Source of the DNA: a virus
Taxonomy: Duplodnaviria > Caudoviricetes
Strand: one strand, 5' to 3'
Virus record (IMG/VR): IMGVR_UViG_2767802080_000001
Location: 25,770-89,769 of that record
Length of the DNA: 64,000 nt
Part shown: one piece after another, positions 8,955 through 18,862 of the stretch
Numbering within the stretch: position 1 is the stretch's first letter
Layout: each line of letters starts with the position of its first letter
Made by a program: the position numbers and the translations under genes
Notes under the pieces: generated by a model
The model's database searches: none
What the model saw: only the letters and a program-made list of their open reading frames with translations
Told to the model about the DNA's origin: nothing

Positions 8955-9884
8955 ATGTCCGAGATCAGCATCACGCACACGCCCGCAGATGGCACCCTCG
9001 CCGACGGCACCGAGAAGGACGACGGCTCGGCCCCGATCCTCCACCGGGCGGGCTTCCGCTGGGGCCGGTCCATCGGCTGCTGGTACATCCGCAACAGCCG
9101 CGACCGGGCGCCGCGCCTCGTCGCCATCGAGAGCGCCGCCGAGGAGCTGCGCGCCGACGGCCACACCGTCACGGTCGAGATCAGCGGCGAGGTACGCGAC
9201 AACGCCGTGGTGAACGCCGACCAGCACGAGCGCCTGGAGGACCGCCGCAGGGCGCTTGCCGCGAAGGGCAAGAAGCTGGCCGCCCAGTCCGACGCCCTGC
9301 ACCGCGCCAGCGACGCCATGGTCGAGCACCTCCCCTTGGGGCAGCCCGTCGCCCCCGGCCGCCGAGGCCAGGCGCACAGGCGCCTGCTGGAGCGGTCCGT
9401 GGACACCGCAATCCGCGGCGCGCGGGTCGCAGACGAAGCGGCGCGTATGCCGGCACGCATCGCCGGATCGCGCCGCGCCGAGGCCTACAAGGAGCGGCCC
9501 GACGTCACCGCCCGCCGCGTCGAGCGCCTGGAGGCGGAACTGCGTTCCCTCGACCGGCGCATGGCCTCCCTGAAGCTGTACCCCCAGACCCGGTCAGGGG
9601 CCCTGCTGCGCCAGTACGAGGGAGAGCGCGCCGTCCTGGTGGAGCGCATCGCCGGTGACCGCGCCGTCTTGGAGCAGGCCAGGGCAGCAGGAACGTTCGG
9701 CCGCTACTCCAAGAGCAACGTCCACGCGGGCGACAGTGCGCTCATCCGGGGCACGTGGCGGTCCGTCATCCGTGCCAGCGCCAAGAGCGTGAGCGTCACG
9801 ACCGGCTACTCCTGGTCCGACCGCTACGGCTACGAGGAGATCCGAGACGTCCGCTGCCTGTGCGAGGACGGCGCGCAGGACTGA
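8955..9884 (+). CDS. DUF3560-like protein
   Basis: ITHTxADGTL..GFRWGRS..WY N-terminus and PLGQPV segment. Confidence 0.7.
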   Translation: MSEISITHTPADGTLADGTEKDDGSAPILHRAGFRWGRSIGCWYIRNSRDRAPRLVAIESAAEELRADGHTVTVEISGEVRDNAVVNADQHERLEDRRRALAAKGKKLAAQSDALHRASDAMVEHLPLGQPVAPGRRGQAHRRLLERSVDTAIRGARVADEAARMPARIAGSRRAEAYKERPDVTARRVERLEAELRSLDRRMASLKLYPQTRSGALLRQYEGERAVLVERIAGDRAVLEQARAAGTFGRYSKSNVHAGDSALIRGTWRSVIRASAKSVSVTTGYSWSDRYGYEEIRDVRCLCEDGAQD

Positions 9885-9892
9885 CCCATACC

Positions 9893-9956
9893 CCCCGGGG
9901 GCGGACTGTGTCCGGACAGGAGGTCCGGACGTGTCCGGACGCGGTCCGCCCCGGGG
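9893..9956. repeat. Inverted repeat with three GTCCGGAC palindromes
   Basis: GTCCGGAC at 9910, 9923 and 9933 inside a long hairpin. Confidence 0.7.
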
Positions 9957-9999
9957 CCTCAGCAGCACCCCACTCCACCCGCAGAGATGAGGCACGCAC

Positions 10000-10347
10000 A
10001 TGAAGACGTCAGAGCTCCGCATCGGCCAGCGCCTGGTGATCGTCGACGGCCCGTACACCGGCGCAACCGGCCGGTTCCAGCGCATGCAGCGCCACAACGT
10101 GGAGGAGGCGCCGCCGGTGGTCATCATGCAGGGCGAGGCCGGGCCCGGCTTCCACGTGGGCGTGACCTGCGTCGAGCCGGTCCCCGAGCACGCCCACCCC
10201 CTCCACGTCGTGCCCCTGCCGCGCACGAACGGCGTGACGTGGGGGCTGCACTGCCCCCACCACGCCCCGGCCTGGATCCGCGCCACGAAATACGACAGGG
10301 CCACGGCGCTGCGGGCCTCGGCTGGCCTGGTGTGCCTGCATCGCTGA
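10000..10347 (+). CDS. Hypothetical protein (KOW/SH3-like N-terminus)
   Basis: IGQRLVIVDGPYTGATG motif; GAGG RBS. Confidence 0.6.
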   Translation: MKTSELRIGQRLVIVDGPYTGATGRFQRMQRHNVEEAPPVVIMQGEAGPGFHVGVTCVEPVPEHAHPLHVVPLPRTNGVTWGLHCPHHAPAWIRATKYDRATALRASAGLVCLHR

Positions 10348-10432
10348 CGGGCGCGCAGCAGCGGGGCGGCATCCTGCCAGAGAGCTCTGGAGCCGCCCCG
10401 CTCCTGCGCCCAGGTCAAGTTCTGACCGAACC

Positions 10433-10762
10433 ATGACAAAACCGGTCGAACCGTTCACGCCGGGTAGCCGCTGGGCCAGAATCGCGGGCATGACCTACAC
10501 CCCGGACAATCCGGTCCCTCGCGGCGTGCACGAAGTCCTGAGCGCCGACGGGCGGCACTGGTCGCGCCTCGGCCCGCGCTGGTACTCCGGCATGGACTAC
10601 ACCTGGCCCGGCGACTTGGAAGCCCAGCTCGCACCCCTCGCGCAGGCCCCCGCCCCCGAGCCCGAGGAGGGGCCGCCCGGAGGGAGCCGCGCCAAGTGCC
10701 TCGGCGCGACGCTCTGCCCCAAGTGCACCCGCGACGCCCAGGTCATCCGCGAAGGGCTGTAG
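10433..10762 (+). CDS. Hypothetical protein with C-terminal CxxC
   Basis: ORF with high GC3; start may be the downstream ATG near 10490. Confidence 0.5.
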   Translation: MTKPVEPFTPGSRWARIAGMTYTPDNPVPRGVHEVLSADGRHWSRLGPRWYSGMDYTWPGDLEAQLAPLAQAPAPEPEEGPPGGSRAKCLGATLCPKCTRDAQVIREGL

Positions 10763-10766
10763 CCAC

Positions 10767-10821
10767 CTGCACGACGCCGCCCCGCCCGGGCTGTAGTCCT
10801 GGGCGGGGCGACGTCGTGCAG
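10767..10821. terminator. Stem-loop between convergent genes
   Basis: ctgcacgacgccgccc...gggcggggcgacgtcgtgcag. Confidence 0.55.
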
Positions 10822-10835
10822 CCAGCAGGCGGCCG

Positions 10836-11618
10836 TCACCCGCTGCTGAGGGCGTGCTCGTAGCAGGGCGGGCAGAACGGGCGCAGCTTGCGCTCAGGCC
10901 TGCCCGACGGCGAGTTGACCACCGTGGCGTCCACGAGCAGCGCCTCATCAGCTGCGCCCTGACACCCCTCCGGCTCCCGGGGATGGACGGAGGCGCACAG
11001 GCACTGGCAGGAGCGCTCTTCGTCCGTCTCCGGCAGCGGCTCGTCATAGCTGACCTGGGGCGGGCGCGGGGACCTGCGCGCCGACCAGCCGCCGTTGCAG
11101 AGGGCGTGGAGGCTCTCGCCGTGCAGCGCGGCCCAGCGGGCAGCCGTCTGGCGGCTGAGCGGCCGCTGACCGTCTCGTGAGAAGAGCGGGCCGCTGCTCC
11201 GGCCGTCGAGGGCGGTACGGACGAGGGCTGCGGACTGGTCGCTGAGGGGGATGCGTCGCTCGTCCACGGCGGCGTGCTCCTCAGGGTCGACGTCGCGGGC
11301 GTCGAGGGCCAGGGCCTCGCCAACCCGCGCCTGACCCTCCCACAGCATGGCCCACAGGGCCCGGTGTTCGACCGGCACCGTCTCGTCGTCGAGCAGCTGC
11401 CGGTAGCGCGCGGGCGCCATGGGCGCGGTCCGCATGTCGGAGCGGTAGCCCCGGCTGGGCTGTGCGGCGCGGGCGGCGTCCGCCTCCGCCCGCTTGTACT
11501 GCTTGGCCCCGGTCTCCTGGTCCCGGCCGGGGGAGTCCAGTGAGCTGAGGATGCGGCGGGCGTAGGCGTAGCTGACGCCCCATCGGTCGGCGCACTCGCG
11601 TGCCGTGGTGAGTTCCAT
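10836..11618 (-). CDS. HTH + degenerate tyrosine-recombinase-like domain + Cys-rich tail
   Basis: HRALWAMLWEGQARVGEALALD (box I Arg), GPLF; box II reads LHALC; no clear catalytic Tyr; ends CxCxC..CPPC. Confidence 0.6.
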   Translation of the reverse strand: MELTTARECADRWGVSYAYARRILSSLDSPGRDQETGAKQYKRAEADAARAAQPSRGYRSDMRTAPMAPARYRQLLDDETVPVEHRALWAMLWEGQARVGEALALDARDVDPEEHAAVDERRIPLSDQSAALVRTALDGRSSGPLFSRDGQRPLSRQTAARWAALHGESLHALCNGGWSARRSPRPPQVSYDEPLPETDEERSCQCLCASVHPREPEGCQGAADEALLVDATVVNSPSGRPERKLRPFCPPCYEHALSSG

Positions 11619-11627
11619 GCCTACAGA

Positions 11628-11650
11628 CTTATGCACAGGGTGTGCGTAAG
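11628..11650. promoter_or_regulatory. Imperfect palindrome, probable operator
   Basis: cttatgcaca-ggg-tgtgcgtaag, about 10 bp upstream of the 11618 start. Confidence 0.55.
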
Positions 11651-11823
11651 ACAAGGGTGTGTGCCCCGTGCACCGAAGTGCGCCTCAAGTCCGCGCGCCC
11701 CCACGGGAGTTCGCCGCACGCCTTGGTGCGCGCGTGCACCGGCAAGGCTGCCCGGCGAAGCAGGGCAAACCGGGGCTTATCATTCTGCGCCCCCCTACCG
11801 CCGCCTTGAGGGGATCCCCACCC

Positions 11824-12642
11824 ATGTCCACTGCCACGTACCTACGCACAGCAGACGTCCCCCTCGCCCGCCTGCGCCCCTTCCCGGGCAACGCCAAGCG
11901 GGGGAACGTCCCCACCATCCTCGAAAGCCTCTGCCGCACCGGCCAGTACCGGTCCCTCGTCGTCCGCCAGGGCGACGGCGACGAACTCACCACCCTCGCG
12001 GGCAACCACACCGCACAGGCCATCGCAGCCCACGGTCCCGGCGACTGCGGACTCAACGTCACCGTCGACGGCGAGCAACGCCCCTGCGGCCTCTGCCTGA
12101 ACGCACCGTGGGAGCCCGTCGCCCGCTGCGAGATCGTCACCTGCGACGACGCCACCGCCAAGCGCATCAACCTCGTGGACAACCGGGCCGCCGACCAAGG
12201 CGACTACGACGAGCGCGCCCTGGCAGCCCTCATTGCCGGCATGGACGGCGACCTCGCAGGCACCGGCTACAGCGACGCCGACCTCCAGGACCTCCTCGCG
12301 CCCGTCGACCTCGACGCCGACGTGGACGCCTACGAGCCGCCCGCCCGCCCCGCGGCCGCCACGCGCCCGCCCGCGGACCTGCCACCCGGGCCCGCGCCCG
12401 GCGAACCCGCCCCGCCCGCCCCGGACGGGCACGCCACCGTGCTCCTCACGTACACCACCGCCGAGCACGACGAGGTCGCCGCCCACATGGCGGCCGCCCG
12501 CAACGCCCTGCCGACGGCGGGCACCCCGGTCGTCGTCCTCCACGCCCTGCGCACCCTCACCGCCACCCTGAACGCCCGCGACGCCGCACGGGACAACCTC
12601 GCCGTCGACGAACTCCTGGCCGTCGCGGGAGTCGCCGCGTGA
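11824..12642 (+). CDS. ParB/Srx-like N-terminal domain protein with Cys insertion
   Basis: LRPFPGNAKRG..SL..GQYR..LAGNHT..DN; insert HGPGDCG..CGLC. Confidence 0.8.
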   Translation: MSTATYLRTADVPLARLRPFPGNAKRGNVPTILESLCRTGQYRSLVVRQGDGDELTTLAGNHTAQAIAAHGPGDCGLNVTVDGEQRPCGLCLNAPWEPVARCEIVTCDDATAKRINLVDNRAADQGDYDERALAALIAGMDGDLAGTGYSDADLQDLLAPVDLDADVDAYEPPARPAAATRPPADLPPGPAPGEPAPPAPDGHATVLLTYTTAEHDEVAAHMAAARNALPTAGTPVVVLHALRTLTATLNARDAARDNLAVDELLAVAGVAA

Positions 12643-13397
12643 CCGGCGCGCCCGTCGAGCTGCCCGCCCCCGTACGGCGGCGGCCACGACGGCCCGAGCG
12701 GCTCCTCGGCCAGAACAGCGAGCTCCGCGAAGACGGCGTCTGGGGGTGGACCCTCCCGGCCCTGGCCGCCCGCCTCCCCGACGGCACCACCGTCAAGACC
12801 TGCCCGGCAGCTGGGGTCTGCGCATCCGCCTGTTACGCCAGGAACGGCAGCTACCTCATCCCCAGCGTGGCGGCCCGCCACGTCGAGAACCTCCGGTACG
12901 TCGTCGAGGACCTGCCCGGCTGGACGCGGCAGATGAGCGCAGAGCTGGCCCACCAGCGGTATCGCGGCGGCTGGATCCGTATCCACGACAGCGGGGACTT
13001 CTTCAGCCCGGCGTACCTCGCCGCCTGGCTGCGCATCATGGCCTTCCGGCCCTGGGTGTCCTTCTACTGCTACACCAAGGAGCTGACACTTTTTCGCGAG
13101 ATGGTGGAACCGGCCCCGCCCCGCAACTTCCGGTGGGTGTACTCCTACGGCGGCCGCGAGGACCACCTCCTCGACCCCGCCCGGGACCGCGTGGCCGATG
13201 TCTTCCCCGACGAGGCATCGATCACCGGCGCCGGGTGGCACTCGCAGGACCGCAGCGACCTCCTGGCCGTCCTCGGCCCTGCCCCGGTCGGCATCCCCGC
13301 GAACAACATCCCGCGCTTCCGCAACCGCATGGCGGGCCGCACCTTCCGCCAGTGGCAGGCCGAGCGCGACGGCCGTCGTGCCGCCCCAGGCAGCTGA
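12639..13397 (+). CDS. GP88-family protein (Cys cluster, radical-SAM-like)
   Basis: TCPAAGVCASACYA, RIHDSGDF, FYCYTK motifs; GTGA overlap. Confidence 0.75.
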   Translation: MTGAPVELPAPVRRRPRRPERLLGQNSELREDGVWGWTLPALAARLPDGTTVKTCPAAGVCASACYARNGSYLIPSVAARHVENLRYVVEDLPGWTRQMSAELAHQRYRGGWIRIHDSGDFFSPAYLAAWLRIMAFRPWVSFYCYTKELTLFREMVEPAPPRNFRWVYSYGGREDHLLDPARDRVADVFPDEASITGAGWHSQDRSDLLAVLGPAPVGIPANNIPRFRNRMAGRTFRQWQAERDGRRAAPGS

Positions 13398-13477
13398 CCC
13401 GCGCACGCCCGGTCCGCTCCCGCCTGCCCGCTCTACCCTTCTCCGCCCCGACCCCCCCACGAGTAGGGAATCGCCCG

Positions 13478-14446
13478 ATGACACAGGCCACTTACGTAGC
13501 GACCGAGGACGTCCCGGCCGACAAGCTGATCCCCTTCCCCGGCAACGCCAAGCGGGGGGACGTCAGCGCCATCCTCGACAGCCTCCGCCGCAACGCCCAG
13601 TACCGCGCCGTCGTCGCCCGCCGCCTGCCCGGCGGCGAACTGGTCACCCTCACCGGCAACCACACCGTGGCCGCCTTCCGCGAGCACGGTCCCGGCGACT
13701 GCGGCGTCCACACCAAGAGGACCGTGCTCAAGTACGGCAAGAGGACCGTGCCCTGCGGGGTCTGCGGCAACAAGGCCGGGTGGAAGCCGACCGTCCGCAC
13801 CGAGATCATCACCTGCGACGACGACACCGCCCGCCGCATCAACCTGGCCGACAACCGGACGGCCGACCTCGGCAGCTACGACGACCGCGCCCTCCATGAA
13901 CTCCTCGCCGCTCTCGACGGGGACCTGACCGGCACCGCCTACACCGACAGCGACGTCGACGACCTCCTCAAGACCAGCGGCGCCCTCGCCGAATCGGCCA
14001 GCGCTTTCCTGGAGGACTTCGCCGCCCCGGCACCCGGCGCCCCGTCGACACACCCCTTCTCCGACACCGCCCCGCCCACCGGCGCCGCCCAGACCCCGCA
14101 GCCCCCTGAAGGCACCCAGGAGCGCCCGGCAGACAGCGAGGCGGCCGCCGCCCCGCCCCCGCACTCCGAAGGCGTCCACACCGGCCCCGCGCCGTACACC
14201 GGGCCCGGCGCGCGGCAGCCCGCGGGCGACGGAATCCCCCTGCCCACCTCTCCCCAGATGGCCCCCCTTCAGTGGGTGTTCACCCTGGAGCAGCGCGACA
14301 CCGTCCGCGCCGCCATCAAGGCCGAGCAGATCCAGGGCGGCCACGACACTGCGGCGCAGGCACTCACCGCGATCTGCAGCCACTACCTCGCCGCCGCCCC
14401 CGAGCAGGCCAGTAGCGACGCGGAGGGAGCGGCCGCGCGTGTCTGA
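13478..14446 (+). CDS. ParB/Srx-like N-terminal domain protein (paralog of 11824)
   Basis: LIPFPGNAKRG..QYR..GNHT..HGPGDCG..CGVC..INLADN. Confidence 0.8.
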   Translation: MTQATYVATEDVPADKLIPFPGNAKRGDVSAILDSLRRNAQYRAVVARRLPGGELVTLTGNHTVAAFREHGPGDCGVHTKRTVLKYGKRTVPCGVCGNKAGWKPTVRTEIITCDDDTARRINLADNRTADLGSYDDRALHELLAALDGDLTGTAYTDSDVDDLLKTSGALAESASAFLEDFAAPAPGAPSTHPFSDTAPPTGAAQTPQPPEGTQERPADSEAAAAPPPHSEGVHTGPAPYTGPGARQPAGDGIPLPTSPQMAPLQWVFTLEQRDTVRAAIKAEQIQGGHDTAAQALTAICSHYLAAAPEQASSDAEGAAARV

Positions 14447-15533
14447 CCTCCTCGCCCTGCACGACGTGCGCTGGCCGCCCGCCCCGACCGCGGCCGCGCG
14501 CCACGCCGTCAGCAGCGCCCTCGACTCCCGCTCATGGACGGCGCGCCGCTACACCCGCCTCGCCGAACAGGCCATGAGCGACCTCACCGGCGCCCCGCAC
14601 GCGGTGGCGTTCCAGTCCTGCACGGCCGCCATCCACGCCACCCTCCTCGCCCACGGTGCGCAGCGCGGCACGCCCGTGCACACCCCTGCCTTCGGCTTCG
14701 CCGGAACCCTCACCGGCGCCGCCCACATCGGCGCCACGCTGCTCTACCACGACGTCGACCTCGGCACCGGCAACAGCGTCGAGCCCGGGCACACGCCGGG
14801 GCAGCTCGTCCTCACCCCCGACCTCCACGGCGTCCCCCACAACCTGCCGCGCGCCGAGGTCATCACCGACGCCTGCCAGTCCCTCGGCACCCTCACCGAC
14901 GGCCGCCACGGCGGCGCCACCGGCACGCACTGCTGGAGCTTCTCGTCGACCAAGCTCGTCGCCGCCCCGGACGGGGGAGCGGTCACCACCGACGACGAGG
15001 CCCTGGCCGCCGAGCTCCGCCAGCTCCGCGACTACGGCGCCGAACCGTGGGAGTCCCGCGCCAACGCCTTGATCACCCGGCCCGGTCACAACTGGCGGCC
15101 CAGCGAGCTGTCCATGGCCCTCGTCGTCGAACAGCTCTACACCCTCACCGAGACCGCGGCCCGCGCGCGGGAGGTCGGCGCCCGCGTCCAGCAGACCCTC
15201 GTCGACTGCGGCCTGTGGCACCAGCGCACCCGCCCCATGGTCGAACCCGCCTGGCACAAACTCCGCACCGGCCTCCCTGGCTCCGGGCACCGGCGGCTGC
15301 CCGCGGCCCTCACCGAGGCCGGGATGCCCCTCCACCGATGGGGCCACCACCCACTGCCCGACCACCCCTTCTTCGCCCCAGCCGAGGGCCGCCGGCATGC
15401 CACCCCGCACGCCGAACGCCTCGCCGCTCAGACCTTCTGCCTCGGCACCGAGGCCTGCCCGCCCTGGACGTGGTCGCCCGGCGAGACCGAACTCGTCTGC
15501 ACCACCCTCGAAATGATCACGGAGGACCTGTGA
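14439..15533 (+). CDS. DegT/DnrJ/EryC1/StrS PLP-dependent aminotransferase
   Basis: SCTAAIH, DACQSLG, SFSSTKL (PLP Lys), DGGAVTT. Confidence 0.9.
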   Translation: MSDLLALHDVRWPPAPTAAARHAVSSALDSRSWTARRYTRLAEQAMSDLTGAPHAVAFQSCTAAIHATLLAHGAQRGTPVHTPAFGFAGTLTGAAHIGATLLYHDVDLGTGNSVEPGHTPGQLVLTPDLHGVPHNLPRAEVITDACQSLGTLTDGRHGGATGTHCWSFSSTKLVAAPDGGAVTTDDEALAAELRQLRDYGAEPWESRANALITRPGHNWRPSELSMALVVEQLYTLTETAARAREVGARVQQTLVDCGLWHQRTRPMVEPAWHKLRTGLPGSGHRRLPAALTEAGMPLHRWGHHPLPDHPFFAPAEGRRHATPHAERLAAQTFCLGTEACPPWTWSPGETELVCTTLEMITEDL

Positions 15534-16642
15534 CCCACACCCCGCTCCACCCAGTCCGCGTCGGCATCATCGGCGTCGGCAACTGCGCCCGCGCCCTCAT
15601 CGAGGGCATCGCCTACTACCGGCAGGAGCCCGACGACGACACCGGCCTGTGCCACCCGACCATCGGTGGCTACACCCCCGCCGACGTCGAGCCCGTCGCC
15701 GCCTGGGACGTCGACACCGACAAGGTCGGCCGCTCCCTGTGGGACGCGCGCGCCGCGGGCCAGAACCTCGACGTCGGCCTCCCACAGGACCTGAAGCCGA
15801 TCGCCGACGACGTCACCGTCAGCCGTGCCCCCGTCCTCGACGGCGCGGGCCACAAGTACCGCGAGCGGATCACCGTCGACGAGGGCGAGCACAACACGTG
15901 CGACGACGCGCACCGCATCTGCGAGGAGATCCAAGCCGCCGGGGTCCTCGTCCTGATCAACTACCTGCCCGTCGGCTCCCAGCAGGCCACGGAGTGGTGG
16001 GCGCGGATCGCCCTGGAGACCGGCTGCGCCTTCGTCAACTGCATCCCCGTCTTCATCGCCCGCAACGAGGAGTGGCGCCAGCGCTTCCGCGCCGCCAGGA
16101 CGCCCCTCATCGGCGACGACATCAAGAGCCAGCTCGGCGCGACGTACGTGCACCGCGTCCTCGCCCGCGCCTTCCGGGACCGGGGCATCACCCTGGAACA
16201 GACGTACCAGCTGAACGTCGGCGGCAACATGGACTTCTACAACATGCTGGAGGCCGACCGACTGGCCACCAAGCGGGAGTCCAAGAGCGGCGCCGTCACC
16301 GATGCGTACGGCCCCATCTGCCCCGGCAACGTGCACATCGGCCCCTCCGACTACGTGCCGTGGCTCGGCGACACGAAGAAGGCCTTCATCCGCTGTGAGG
16401 GCCGTGGCTTCGCCGGGGCGCCCATCGAGCTGGAGATGCAGCTCACCGTCCCCGACTCCCCGAACTCCGCCGGGATCGTGATCGACGCCGCCCGCATCGC
16501 GCAGACCGCCCTCGACCGCGGGGACCCCGACGTCGACGCGTGGGCGTCCGCATGGCTCTTCAAGGCCCCGCCGCGCTCCGTCGCGGAGCAGGACGACACA
16601 GAAGCCCGTCACCGCCTCGACGCGTGGCTCGAAGAGGCCTGA
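15530..16642 (+). CDS. ino1: myo-inositol-1-phosphate synthase
   Basis: GVGNCA, NYLPVGS, GDDIKSQLGAT, YQLNVGGNMDF, HIGPSDYVPWL, DSPNSAG. Confidence 0.93.
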   Translation: MTHTPLHPVRVGIIGVGNCARALIEGIAYYRQEPDDDTGLCHPTIGGYTPADVEPVAAWDVDTDKVGRSLWDARAAGQNLDVGLPQDLKPIADDVTVSRAPVLDGAGHKYRERITVDEGEHNTCDDAHRICEEIQAAGVLVLINYLPVGSQQATEWWARIALETGCAFVNCIPVFIARNEEWRQRFRAARTPLIGDDIKSQLGATYVHRVLARAFRDRGITLEQTYQLNVGGNMDFYNMLEADRLATKRESKSGAVTDAYGPICPGNVHIGPSDYVPWLGDTKKAFIRCEGRGFAGAPIELEMQLTVPDSPNSAGIVIDAARIAQTALDRGDPDVDAWASAWLFKAPPRSVAEQDDTEARHRLDAWLEEA

Positions 16643-16643
16643 C

Positions 16644-17456
16644 GTGCACACCGTCCTCAAGTCCAAGACGGCGTACAGCAACGACGACGTCGCCCGCGTG
16701 TGGGCCAGCATCACCGACCACGTCACCGAGGACGAGGCCGAACGCGCCGTCGAGGAGGCCGCCCGCGAGACCCGGGCGGTCCTCGACGGCCGCCCCGACA
16801 CCGCGGTGTACGGCTGGTCCGGCGGCAAGGACAGCGTCGCCCTCCAGGTCGTCATGGAACGCGCCGGTGTCCACCGCGCCCTCCTCGGCACCATCCCCCA
16901 CCTCGAGTTCCGCAGCTATCTCGCCTGGTGCGACGAGCACCGGCCCGACGGCCTCACCGTCATCGGCAACCCGCACATCACCCCGGCCTGGCTCGCCCGC
17001 CCCGGCAACGACCGCTACCTCTTCCCCACCACAAGCACCGACGGCTACAAGTGGACGATGCTCGGCACCCGCCGCGCCCAGCACCTCTACCAGCAGCAGA
17101 TGCACCCCCGCCTTCAGATCTACGGGCGCCGCACCGCCGACGGCAACTACATCCCCCCGACCGAGCACGGCATCCACCGCACCCGCCGCCTCACCACCTA
17201 CAGCCCCATCCGGCACTGGCCGCACGAACTCGTCCTCGCCGTCGTCCACTACAACCGGCGCCCCCTGCCGCCCGTCTACGACTGGCCGGACGGGTGGAAG
17301 ACCGGCACCGGCTCCTGGCCCGGCCGCCGCGTCGGCGACCGCGACACCGCCTTCGCGCAGACGTACGCGATCGAACCTGAGCGCCTCCTCGAGGCCGCCC
17401 CGGATCTGCCCGCGGCTGCCGACTGGCTGCGCCGGCATACCGACGGGAGCACCTGA
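16644..17456 (+). CDS. PAPS-reductase-family (PP-loop) protein
   Basis: WSGGKDS, GRRxAD, SPIRHW. Confidence 0.8.
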   Translation: MHTVLKSKTAYSNDDVARVWASITDHVTEDEAERAVEEAARETRAVLDGRPDTAVYGWSGGKDSVALQVVMERAGVHRALLGTIPHLEFRSYLAWCDEHRPDGLTVIGNPHITPAWLARPGNDRYLFPTTSTDGYKWTMLGTRRAQHLYQQQMHPRLQIYGRRTADGNYIPPTEHGIHRTRRLTTYSPIRHWPHELVLAVVHYNRRPLPPVYDWPDGWKTGTGSWPGRRVGDRDTAFAQTYAIEPERLLEAAPDLPAAADWLRRHTDGST

Positions 17457-18862
17457 TGACCGACATGCCCGACGGTTGGGCCCCGGTCGGCGCCTGCATC
17501 GACAAGCACGTAATGGGCTACGTGGCCAAGCACAACCGGCCGCGCCTTGCCGCCGGGGCCGACGTCTACACGCTGGCCTGCGAGCGCACCGAGTACGTCC
17601 TGGACACCCACGACCGGGCCACGGTCGCGTTCTCCGGCGGCAAGGACTCCACCGCGGTCCTCAACGTCGCCCTGGAGGTCCTCGCCCGGGAGAAGCGCCT
17701 GCACCGGCATCTGCCGCTGCGCGTCTACTTCTTCGACGAGGAGGCCATCCCGTACGAGACCGAGGAGTACGTGCGCCGCGTCGCCCAGCGCGACGACATC
17801 GACCTCGTCTGGCTGTGCCTGCCCGTGCAGCACCGCAACGCCTGCTCCCGCCGCTCCCCGTACTGGTGGCCTTGGGCGCCAGAGGACGAGGCGAAGTGGT
17901 GCAGGCCGCTGCCCCCCGAGGCGGTCACGACGTGGCCCGGCTTCCCGATCTGGCCGCCCGAGGAACGCCTGTCCGTCCCCAACACGAACGGCCTCCTCGC
18001 CCCGCCCCCACACACCACCGCGACCTTCATGGGCATCCGCGCGCAAGAGTCCCTGATCCGCGCACACGCCGTACGCCTGCGGTCCGTCGACAACTACATC
18101 GTCCCCTACCGGCCGAAGTCGAACGCGCGGCAGGCCGCGGCCGTCTTCCACGGCAACCTGTGGAAGGCCTACCCGATCTACGACTGGCTCACCGAGGACG
18201 TGTGGGCCGCGGTCCGCCTCAAGGGCTGGGACTACAACCGGGCGTACGACGTGATGGAGATGGCCGGTATCGGACCCGCAGGGCAGCGCTGCTCACCCGC
18301 CTTCGGCGAGGAGCCCCTGCAGAAGATCCACACCTACGCGCAGTGCTTCCCCGACGTGTGGGCCCGCATGGCCGAGCGCGTGCCGGGCATCGGCGCCGCC
18401 TACCGGTACGCCCGCACCGAGCTGTACGGCTACGGCAGCAAGCCCGACAAGCCCGCCGGTATGCCCTGGCCGGACTTCATCCGCCACTACCTCAGCAAGC
18501 ACGGACAGAAGGTCCAGCCGCAGATCGCCGCGCGCATCCAGGAGATCGTCACCCGGCACTACAGCAAGGTCACGCACCCGATCCTCCCCGCGACCCCGCA
18601 CCCGGTGACCGGGGTGAGCTGGGCCTTCCTCCTCACGATCGCGATGCGCGGCGACTTCAAGCAGCGCCGCCAGGAGGCGCACCAGCTGCTGAAGAAGGAC
18701 CCCACGGCCCTGTGGCACCGCTACGCCCAGGAGCTCACCGACCTCACCGCGGCCGGGCCCGAGGGCCGGACGGAGATCGGCTACCCGCAGGCGCTGCCCG
18801 CCGACCCGCGGACCCTCATCCCCGACGAGTACAAGACCCCGCCCACGGAGGCCACACCGTGA
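17456..18862 (+). CDS. IbrA-like PAPS-reductase-family protein
   Basis: FSGGKDS, FDEE, GIRAQES, YPIYDW, YNRAYD; paired with IbrB-like gene. Confidence 0.85.
   Translation: MTDMPDGWAPVGACIDKHVMGYVAKHNRPRLAAGADVYTLACERTEYVLDTHDRATVAFSGGKDSTAVLNVALEVLAREKRLHRHLPLRVYFFDEEAIPYETEEYVRRVAQRDDIDLVWLCLPVQHRNACSRRSPYWWPWAPEDEAKWCRPLPPEAVTTWPGFPIWPPEERLSVPNTNGLLAPPPHTTATFMGIRAQESLIRAHAVRLRSVDNYIVPYRPKSNARQAAAVFHGNLWKAYPIYDWLTEDVWAAVRLKGWDYNRAYDVMEMAGIGPAGQRCSPAFGEEPLQKIHTYAQCFPDVWARMAERVPGIGAAYRYARTELYGYGSKPDKPAGMPWPDFIRHYLSKHGQKVQPQIAARIQEIVTRHYSKVTHPILPATPHPVTGVSWAFLLTIAMRGDFKQRRQEAHQLLKKDPTALWHRYAQELTDLTAAGPEGRTEIGYPQALPADPRTLIPDEYKTPPTEATP

Noticed and set aside
10836-11618. Functional prophage integrase
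   Set aside because: Too short, box II is degenerate, no catalytic Tyr is evident and no att-like repeats were found.
15530-16642. ino1 as a host housekeeping gene (mycothiol or phosphatidylinositol supply)
   Set aside because: It is translationally coupled within the phage cluster; a metabolic support role is not excluded but context favours a dedicated pathway.
16644-18862. PAPS-reductase genes as CysH sulfur-assimilation auxiliary genes feeding the Cys-rich virion
   Set aside because: They lack the C-terminal ECG(L/I)H motif, and the larger one pairs with an IbrB-like gene, so they fit the IbrA/DndC-like branch better.
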